DNA of 39,043 nucleotides. It comes from a bacterium. Lineage in GTDB: Bacteria > Hydrothermota > Tepidihabitantia > Tepidihabitantales > Tepidihabitantaceae. Under the pieces are notes generated by a model. It ran no database searches and was not told where the DNA came from. It was given only the letters and a program-made list of their open reading frames with translations. Of the stretch, positions 28,578 to 35,283 are shown one piece after another (within the stretch, counting starts at the first letter, position 1; every line of letters begins with the position of its first letter). Both the position numbers and the translations under genes were made by a program. The stretch spans positions 1 through 39,043 of the forward strand of contig JAWOHE010000095.1 in the NCBI GenBank assembly GCA_046485285.1, in the 5' to 3' direction.

Positions 28578-29429
28578 TCACACCAGCAGCCACAGGCTCA
28601 GCGCCATCAGCGCCATCCCGGAGACGATGCCGAGCACGCTCAGGTGCTCGCGGCCGTAGGCGTAGGAACCGGGAATGAGCTCGTCGAAGGAAATGAAGAC
28701 CATCAGGCCGGCGACGGTCGCCAGCACGTAGGCGAGCAGGGTCTCGGTCAGGAACGGCAGCAACACCAGCGCAGCCAGCCCGGCGCCGACCAGCTCCGCC
28801 GCCCCGGACACGAACGACCAGAGGAACGCCTTGCGCCGCGACCCGGTCGCGCAGAACACCGGGGCCGCCACCGCGATGCCCTCCGGGATGTTGTGCAGGG
28901 CGATCGCGAGGGCAATCGCCAGCCCGAGCCGCGGGTCCTTGACCGCCGCGGCGAAGGTCGCCATCCCCTCGGGCAGGTTGTGCAGCCCGATGCCGATGGC
29001 AATCAGCACTCCCGCGCGCATCAACCGCTGGGGCGGGATGGCACCGGCCCCGCCGCCCCGGTGCCGGCGGCCGTGCCCGTGACCCCGTCCCCCGGGGCCT
29101 GCCGGGTTCGGGCCGGGCTCGGCGCAGTGGTCGACCCCGCCGATGTGCTCGCTGATGAACAGGTGCGGAACGACGAGGTCAACGACGAACATCAACCCGA
29201 GCCCGCCGAAGAAGGCCAGGACCGCCGGCGCGAAACCAAGCAGGCCGACCGACTCCCGCAGCAGCTCGGCGAAACTCACGAACATCATCACCCCGGCCGC
29301 GAACCCGAGCATGAACGCCATCACCTTCGGGCCGGGCCGGCGGAAGAGCATCGCGATGAAGCTGCCGACCGTGGTCGCCAGCGCCGCCCCGGCCGAGATC
29401 GCCAGCGCCAGCAGGACGTCACCGTGCAT
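28578..29429 (-). CDS. zupT: ZIP family divalent metal transporter
   Basis: LGFAAGVM, HNLPEG and HNIPEG, AGLMVFISFDELIP; His/Gly-rich loop. Confidence 0.9.
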   Translation of the reverse strand: MHGDVLLALAISAGAALATTVGSFIAMLFRRPGPKVMAFMLGFAAGVMMFVSFAELLRESVGLLGFAPAVLAFFGGLGLMFVVDLVVPHLFISEHIGGVDHCAEPGPNPAGPGGRGHGHGRRHRGGGAGAIPPQRLMRAGVLIAIGIGLHNLPEGMATFAAAVKDPRLGLAIALAIALHNIPEGIAVAAPVFCATGSRRKAFLWSFVSGAAELVGAGLAALVLLPFLTETLLAYVLATVAGLMVFISFDELIPGSYAYGREHLSVLGIVSGMALMALSLWLLV

Positions 29430-29904
29430 CGCGCCCGCCCTTCCCGGCCCGCGCCCGCAGCTCTGCCCCGCGCTCGCCCCGGACGAACTCGACCAGCCGC
29501 TCGAGCCGCCGGGTCGTTTCCGCGCTCAGGACGTGCTCGATCGCGCAGGCGTCGGTCGCGGCCGTCGCCTTGCCGACGCCGAGCACTTCGCCAAGAAATT
29601 CCTCCAGCACCCGGTGCCGCCGGTAGACCCGTTCCGCGGCCCGCGCCCCGCGCGCGGTCAGCTCGACCGCCCCATAGCGCTCGTGCCGCACCAGCCCGCG
29701 CCGCTCGAGCCCGACGAGCGCGCTGACGACCGACGGCTTGCTGACCCCCAGCCGAGCGGCGAGACCGGTGACCCGGACGCTCCGCCCGCTTCGACCGGCA
29801 AGGTGGATCGCCTCGAGGTAGTCCTCGGCGCTCGCGCCCAGCCCGCCGGCGCGCAACGCGCGGGCAGGCCCGCCGGCGCGGTCGACAGCCTTTTTGTTAG
29901 CCAT
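29419..29904 (-). CDS. DtxR/MntR family metal-dependent regulator
   Basis: SAEDYLEAI, HTH LGVSKPSV, LT..G, RHRVLEEFL, DACAIEH. Confidence 0.92.
   Translation of the reverse strand: MANKKAVDRAGGPARALRAGGLGASAEDYLEAIHLAGRSGRSVRVTGLAARLGVSKPSVVSALVGLERRGLVRHERYGAVELTARGARAAERVYRRHRVLEEFLGEVLGVGKATAATDACAIEHVLSAETTRRLERLVEFVRGERGAELRARAGKGGRDAR
29841..29880 (+). repeat. 27-bp element family A, copy 5 (in frame in regulator N-terminus)
   Basis: 13-bp direct repeat gcccgccggcgcg at 29841 and 29868, 27 bp apart. Confidence 0.85.
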
Positions 29905-29911
29905 GCCTAAC
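29896..29911. promoter_or_regulatory. DtxR-family operator overlapping the regulator's start codon
   Basis: GTTAGGCATGGCTAAC (minus strand), 16-bp palindrome with one mismatched pair, TTAGG..CTAA-type core. Confidence 0.7.
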
Positions 29912-29938
29912 TCTAGCGCCGGCCGGCCCGGCTGTCAA
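29910..29938 (-). promoter_or_regulatory. Promoter of regulator-zupT operon (leaderless)
   Basis: TTGACA-17-TAGAGT-5 nt-ATG. Confidence 0.7.
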
Positions 29939-29947
29939 GCCCGTCGA

Positions 29948-29975
29948 TTGACTTCCCGGGGGACGGTCCTAGAAT
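29948..29975 (+). promoter_or_regulatory. Promoter of kinase-fba operon
   Basis: TTGACT-16-TAGAAT-9 nt-ATG. Confidence 0.6.
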
Positions 29976-29984
29976 GGCCGGGCG

Positions 29985-30911
29985 ATGGTCTACACCGTCA
30001 CCCTCAATCCCGCGCTCGACCGGACGTTGTTCGTCGACAGCCTGGCCCTGGGCGGGTCGAACCGGATCCGCCGCGAGGCCCGCTACGCCGGCGGCAAGGG
30101 CATCGACGTCTCGCGCGCGCTGGTCGAGATGGGCGTGCCGACCGTCGCCCTCGGCCTCGTCGGCGGGTTCGACGGCAAGGAGTTCGAGGGCCGGCTCCTT
30201 AACGAGGGCGTGGCCTGCGACTTCACGCGCATCGCCGGCGAAATCCGCACCAACGTCGTCATTCACGACGAGTCCGGCGCCGAGACCGCCCTGCTCGCCC
30301 GGGGCCCGGAGGTCCAGCCGGTCGAGTTGATGAGCTTCATCGACCACCTCGAGGGCATCGCCGGCGGCAGCTTCCTGGTCGTGTCCGGGTCCCTTCCCCC
30401 CGGGCTGACCCCGGCGGTCTACCGTCGCATCATCTCGGTCGGCAACGACCGGGGCTTCACGACCGTCCTCGACGCCTCCGGCGAGGCGCTGCGCTCCGGC
30501 ATCCGAGCCCGGCCCCGCATCATCAAGCCCAACCGCGACGAGCTTGCCGAGCTCGCGGGGACCGCGCTCGCCGACATCCCGGCGATGGTCCGCTTCTGCC
30601 GGACCCTCGAGAAGGAGGTCGCCACCGTCCTCGTCTCGCTCGGCGCGGACGGCATCCTGCTCGTCGAGTCGAAGCGTGCCCTGCACGCCCGGCCGCCGAA
30701 GGTCGAGGTCGCGAGCACGGTCGGCGCCGGTGACTGCGCGGTCGCCGGCTTCGTCGCCGGCCTGCTGATGAAGGAGAGCCCGGCCGACCGCCTGCGCCGG
30801 GCGGTCGCGGCCGGGACCGCCGCGACGATGACCCCGGGCACCGGCATCTGCTGCCGCCGGGACATCGCCCGGCTGCTGCCCGGGATAACGGTCACCGAGG
30901 TCGCGGCGTGA
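29985..30911 (+). CDS. pfkB: 1-phosphofructokinase family hexose kinase (PfkB/FruK)
   Basis: YTVTLNPALD, GGKGIDVSR, SGSLPPG, IKPN..EL, TVGAGD. Confidence 0.92.
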   Translation: MVYTVTLNPALDRTLFVDSLALGGSNRIRREARYAGGKGIDVSRALVEMGVPTVALGLVGGFDGKEFEGRLLNEGVACDFTRIAGEIRTNVVIHDESGAETALLARGPEVQPVELMSFIDHLEGIAGGSFLVVSGSLPPGLTPAVYRRIISVGNDRGFTTVLDASGEALRSGIRARPRIIKPNRDELAELAGTALADIPAMVRFCRTLEKEVATVLVSLGADGILLVESKRALHARPPKVEVASTVGAGDCAVAGFVAGLLMKESPADRLRRAVAAGTAATMTPGTGICCRRDIARLLPGITVTEVAA

Positions 30912-31828
30912 AGCTGGTCCCGGGCCGCGAGCTGCTCGACGCCGCGGCGGCCGGCGGTCACGCGCTCGGCGCGTTCAACTTCTCGAACCTCGAATTCCTC
31001 CAGGCCATCGTCGACGCGGCCGGCACGACCCGCACCCCGGTCTTCCTCGCGACCAGCGAGGGCGCGGTGAAGTACGCCGGCCTCGACAACCTCGTCGCGC
31101 TGGCGCGGGCCGCGGCCGCGCGCTGCCCGGTCCCGCTCTGCCTCCACCTCGACCACGGCCGCGACCTCGAGCTCATCCGGGCCTGCATCGAGGCCGGCTG
31201 GACCTCGGTGATGATTGACGCCTCGGACCTGCCGTTCGAGGAAAACGTCGCGAAGACCGCCGCGGTCACGAACCTCGCCCGACCCCGGGGCGTCTCGGTC
31301 GAGGCCGAGCTCGGCCGGCTCGTCGGCATCGAGGACTCGGTCCGGGTCGAGGAGCGCGACGCGGTGCTGGTCGACCCGGACCAGGCCGCGGATTTCGTTC
31401 GCCGCACCGGCATCGATTCGCTCGCGCCCGCGGTCGGCACCGCCCACGGCGCGTTCAAGTTCAAGGGCGAACCGAGGCTCGACATCGCCCGGCTCGACCG
31501 CGTCCGCGCCGCGACCGGCGGCCTCCCGCTCGTCCTTCACGGCGCCTCGAACGTGCCGCCCGCCGTGCTCGAGGCCTGCCGCGCGGCCGGGGTCGAGGTC
31601 ACCGGCGCGAAGGGCGTACCCGAAGACCAGCTCCGCGCCGCCATCCGCGCCGGCGTCCGGAAAGTCAACGTCGATACCGACCTGAGGCTCGCGTTCCTCG
31701 CCGCGGTGCGCTCGAGCATCCTCGCCCGACCGGGCGAGTTCGACCCACGCCGCTACCTTGGCCCGGGCCGGGACGCGGTTCGCGCGCTCGTCATCGAACG
31801 GGTCCGCCTGCTCCGGGAGCCGGCGTGA
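30908..31828 (+). CDS. fba: Class II fructose-1,6-bisphosphate aldolase
   Basis: GAFN, LHLDHG, SVMIDAS, VEAELG, GTAHGAFK, LVLHGAS, KVNVDTD. Confidence 0.95.
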   Translation: MKLVPGRELLDAAAAGGHALGAFNFSNLEFLQAIVDAAGTTRTPVFLATSEGAVKYAGLDNLVALARAAAARCPVPLCLHLDHGRDLELIRACIEAGWTSVMIDASDLPFEENVAKTAAVTNLARPRGVSVEAELGRLVGIEDSVRVEERDAVLVDPDQAADFVRRTGIDSLAPAVGTAHGAFKFKGEPRLDIARLDRVRAATGGLPLVLHGASNVPPAVLEACRAAGVEVTGAKGVPEDQLRAAIRAGVRKVNVDTDLRLAFLAAVRSSILARPGEFDPRRYLGPGRDAVRALVIERVRLLREPA

Positions 31829-32637
31829 GCGCCCGGCGGCCTGGCCGCCGGGAAACCGCGCCTTCGGCGCGGGGGGGAGAAGGACGCCATCAGGATTCCG
31901 GAACGGACTCCCGGCGCGTGGCGCCGGGCGGAACTCTGCTCGCCGGGGTGCGGCGCCGCATCGCCCGCTCGGACGGGGTGATGGCAATCACCGGCCCCGG
32001 CATCCTGACCTTCCGCGGCGACGAGGATCTCCGACGCGCGGCCGACCCGCCGGAGCTTGCCACGCCCGAGGCGTTCCGGGCCGACCCGGTCAGGGTCTGG
32101 CAGTGGTACGACGAGCGGCGCCGGGAAATCGCCGGCGCCGAGCCCGGCCCGGCCCACCTCGCGCTGGCCCGGCTCGAGGCCGCGGGCAAGGACGTCTTCA
32201 TCGTCACCCGGAACGTCGACGACTTCCACGAGCGCGCCGGCTCGAGACAGGTCGTCCACGTCCACGGCTCGATCTGGCGGGTCCGCTGCGAGCGCGACGG
32301 CTTCACCGACGAGAATCGCCAGGTCCCGCTCCTCGAACTGCCGCCGACCTGCCCGTGCGGCAACGACCTCAGGCCCGACGTGGTCTGGTACGGCGAGCGG
32401 CTCCCGCCCGGCCCGCTCGAGGCGGTTCGCGCCCACCTGCTCGAGGCCCGCTCCAACGTCCTGCTCATCGTCGGCGCCGAGGCGTCCTTCGGCCACGTTG
32501 TCCAGTGGGCCCACGAGGCCCACGAGCAGGGCGCGCTTGTCGTCACCGTGAACCCGCGCCCGACCGGGCTCGAGTCCATCGCCGACTTCCGGCTCGAAGG
32601 CCGGCCCGACGACATCCTGCCCGGACTGGTTCCCTGA
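31825..32637 (+). CDS. Sir2/CobB-like NAD-dependent deacylase homologue with degenerate motifs
   Basis: LATPEAF..DP..VW.WY..RR, VTRNVDDFHERAGS, HVHGS, LRPDVVWYGE; start uncertain. Confidence 0.75.
   Translation: MSARRPGRRETAPSARGGEGRHQDSGTDSRRVAPGGTLLAGVRRRIARSDGVMAITGPGILTFRGDEDLRRAADPPELATPEAFRADPVRVWQWYDERRREIAGAEPGPAHLALARLEAAGKDVFIVTRNVDDFHERAGSRQVVHVHGSIWRVRCERDGFTDENRQVPLLELPPTCPCGNDLRPDVVWYGERLPPGPLEAVRAHLLEARSNVLLIVGAEASFGHVVQWAHEAHEQGALVVTVNPRPTGLESIADFRLEGRPDDILPGLVP
31829..31931 (+). mobile_element. Multi-hairpin element family C, copy 3, at the fba/sirtuin junction
   Basis: Shares ggccgccgggaa.ccgcgcc-NNN-ggcgcgg and gattccggaacggactcccggcgc-NNN-gcgccggg with the 23-kb copies, in opposite orientation. 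Confidence 0.75.
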
Positions 32638-32640
32638 CAT

Positions 32641-33237
32641 ATGGACGAGGGCCGCTTCCTCGAGCTCTGCCGCGCCCGGCGCTCGGTCCGCCGGTTCAGC
32701 GAAGGGCCGGTCGAGCGCGAGAAGCTCGCGTATTGCCTCGAGGCCGCCCGGCTCGCGCCGTCGGCCGACAACGACCAGCCTTGGCGCTTCATCGTCTTCG
32801 ACGACCCGGCGGCCAAGGCCGCGCTCGCCGACGCCGCCTTCTCCGGCATCTACCGTACCTCCCGGCGAATGGCCCACGCGCCCGTGCTCGTCGTGCTTGC
32901 CGTCCGCGAGAACCTGCTCATCAACCGCGTCGGCGGCGGCGTCCAGGGCACCCCGTTCCAGCTCATCGACGCCGCGATTGCCGGCGAGCATTTCGTCCTC
33001 GCCGCGGCCGAGCAGGGCCTCGGCACCTGCTGGGTCGGCTGGTACGACGCCCGCGCGCTCCGCCGCCACCTCGGACTCGGCCGGGGCCTGCGCCCGGTCT
33101 GCCTCATCGCCGTCGGCTACCCGGCCGCCGGCTGGAAGCCGGGCCCGGCCCGACGCCGGCCGCTCGGCGACATCGCCGACTGGAACGCCCCGCCGCGCGG
33201 CCCGGCCCGCCTGCGTGCGACGCGCGGACAGGCTTGA
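32641..33237 (+). CDS. Nitroreductase family protein
   Basis: RRSVRRF, LAPSA.N.QPW.F, LAAAEQGLGTCWVG, IAVGYP. Confidence 0.92.
   Translation: MDEGRFLELCRARRSVRRFSEGPVEREKLAYCLEAARLAPSADNDQPWRFIVFDDPAAKAALADAAFSGIYRTSRRMAHAPVLVVLAVRENLLINRVGGGVQGTPFQLIDAAIAGEHFVLAAAEQGLGTCWVGWYDARALRRHLGLGRGLRPVCLIAVGYPAAGWKPGPARRRPLGDIADWNAPPRGPARLRATRGQA
33204..33233 (+). repeat. 27-bp element family A, copy 6 (last codons of nitroreductase)
   Basis: Identical to copy 1; 33199-33238 equals 19131-19170 over 40 bp. Confidence 0.88.
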
Positions 33238-33261
33238 CACCGCGCCCGGCCCGGCCAAACT
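33234..33261 (+). promoter_or_regulatory. Putative promoter (leaderless) for the TMTC-like gene
   Basis: TTGACA-16-CAAACT-6 nt-TTG. Confidence 0.5.
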
Positions 33262-33267
33262 CAGGCG

Positions 33268-35274
33268 TTGGCTGAGACCCCCTTTCGGCAGTTCCTGAAG
33301 ACGCCGGCCGGCCTCGTGCTGGTCGCGACCGCGGTCGCCCTCGTCGCGGTCGGGCTCTACCTGCCGACCATCGAGTACGGCTTCGTCTGGGACGACGTCT
33401 CGCTCATCACCCAGAACCCGTCGCTCGCCCGGGCCGGCCCGCTCGACTTCCTCGGCCGGGGCTTCTGGCACGGCGCCGCCGACCCGCCCGAGGGCCCGGC
33501 CGCGAGCTACTACCGGCCGCTCTCGTCGCTGTCGTTCTGGGCCGACCTCAAGCTCGCCGGCGTCAACCCGGGCTGGTTCCACCTCGTCAACACCATCCTC
33601 AACGCGCTCGTCGCGGTCCTCATCGCGCTCATCGTCTGGGAACTGCTCGGCTCCGCGGTCTGGGCCGGCGTCGCCGGCCTGCTCTTCGCCGCCCACTCCG
33701 GCCACGTCGAGTCGGTCGCCTTCATCTCCGGCCGCACCGACATCCTCCTCGCCCTCTTCATCGGCCTCGCCACCTTCGGGCTCCTCCGCGCGCTGCGCAA
33801 GCGCCAGCCCGGCTGGTACGCGCTCGTGCCGGTCGGCTACCTGCTCGCGCTGATGAGCAAGGAGACCGCCGTGCTGTTCCCCGCGCTCGTCGCGCTCGCG
33901 CCGCTCCTCACCCGCACCGCCTACTCCCGGCGGCACTGGCTCGTCACCGGCGCCTGCCTCGTCGTCCTCGCCGGCTGGCTCGTCCTCCGCGCCGGCGCGG
34001 TCGGCCCGCTCATCCCCGCCGCGCCCGGACCCGGCCCGCTCGGCCGGCTCAACGAACTGCTCAACGACCTCGGCCTCTACCTCCGGCTGTTCATCTGGCC
34101 CTTCCGCCACCGCGCCAAGTACCCGGCCAACCCGGCCTTCGCCCAGCTCACCCCGTTCGCGATATCGGCGCTCCTGTTCCTGGTCACGATGCCGCTCCTC
34201 GCCGCCCGCCGCCGCTACTGGGTCGTCCTCGTCGGCTACCTCTGGACCATCGCCTTCCTGCTCCCGGTCCTCAACCTGGTCCCGCTCGGGCCCCAGGCCG
34301 CCGAGCGCCTGCTCTACCTGCCCTCGGCCGGGCTCGTCGTCATCCTCGCCACCCTCGCCTCGCGCGGCCTGCCCGAACAGCCGCGCGTGCGCGCGGCGGC
34401 GGTCGTCCTGCTCCTCGCCTTCATCGCCGCGAACGGGCTCGACACCGTCCTGCGCTCGCGCATCTGGCGCGACGAGCTCCGGCTCTACTCGACGATGGTC
34501 CGCGAGGCGCCCGAAGCCCCCAGCCCCTACGCCAACCTCGCCAACGTCGTCGCCCCGGCCGACCCCGACTCCGCGCTCAAGCTCTACTACCAGGCGCTCT
34601 CCCGCGACCAGGGCCACCTCCGCGCCCACATCAACGTCGGCATCCTCCAGAGCCGGCTCGGCGACCACCGCCAGTCGGTCCACCACTTCCGCATCGCCAA
34701 CGAGCTCCGCCCCAACTCCCAGCAGGTGCTCAACAACCTCGGCCTCGCCTTCCTCGCCGCCGGCCGGCCCGACAGCGCGCTCGCCTACCTCAACCGCGCC
34801 CTCGCCGCCGACTCGGCGACCCCCGGCCTCCTGCTCAACCGCTCGGTCGCGCTCGACGCGGTCGGCTACCCGGACCGCGCCGACGACGAGCTCCGCCGCC
34901 TGCTCGAGCGCGCGCCCGGCTTCGTCCCGGGCTGGCTCGTCTTCGCGGACCGGTTCGAGCGCCGCGGCCTGCCCGACTCGGCCGCCCGCTGCCTCGCGAC
35001 GGTCATCGCCATCGAACCCGGCCGGCCCGAGCACCACAACCGGCTCGGCACCATCCTCACCGCCCGCGGCGACAGCGCCGCCGCCGCCGCCAGCTACGGC
35101 CGCGCGCTCGGGCTCAACCCGGACTTCATCCCCGCGCTCTTCAACCAGGCCATCCTCACCGCCGCCCGGGGCGACACCGCCGGCGCGGTCCGCCTCGCCG
35201 CGCGCGCCCGCCGCCTGCGGCCGGACATCGCCGCGGTCGTCGAGCTCCACCGGATGTTGAGTGGTGAGGACTGA
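33268..35274 (+). CDS. TMTC-like membrane glycosyltransferase with C-terminal TPR repeats
   Basis: FVWDD, YYRPL, FH..N, ESVAFISGR.D, SKE.A, AER.LYLPS, R...W motifs, then TPRs. Confidence 0.85.
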   Translation: MAETPFRQFLKTPAGLVLVATAVALVAVGLYLPTIEYGFVWDDVSLITQNPSLARAGPLDFLGRGFWHGAADPPEGPAASYYRPLSSLSFWADLKLAGVNPGWFHLVNTILNALVAVLIALIVWELLGSAVWAGVAGLLFAAHSGHVESVAFISGRTDILLALFIGLATFGLLRALRKRQPGWYALVPVGYLLALMSKETAVLFPALVALAPLLTRTAYSRRHWLVTGACLVVLAGWLVLRAGAVGPLIPAAPGPGPLGRLNELLNDLGLYLRLFIWPFRHRAKYPANPAFAQLTPFAISALLFLVTMPLLAARRRYWVVLVGYLWTIAFLLPVLNLVPLGPQAAERLLYLPSAGLVVILATLASRGLPEQPRVRAAAVVLLLAFIAANGLDTVLRSRIWRDELRLYSTMVREAPEAPSPYANLANVVAPADPDSALKLYYQALSRDQGHLRAHINVGILQSRLGDHRQSVHHFRIANELRPNSQQVLNNLGLAFLAAGRPDSALAYLNRALAADSATPGLLLNRSVALDAVGYPDRADDELRRLLERAPGFVPGWLVFADRFERRGLPDSAARCLATVIAIEPGRPEHHNRLGTILTARGDSAAAAASYGRALGLNPDFIPALFNQAILTAARGDTAGAVRLAARARRLRPDIAAVVELHRMLSGED

Positions 35275-35283
35275 CCGGGCCGG

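Noticed and set aside
31753-35250. 1165-aa minus-strand ORF and other long antisense ORFs (10054..12120, 25544..27502, 30419..31987)
   Set aside because: Shadows of well-supported opposite-strand genes in high-GC DNA; no recognisable motifs.
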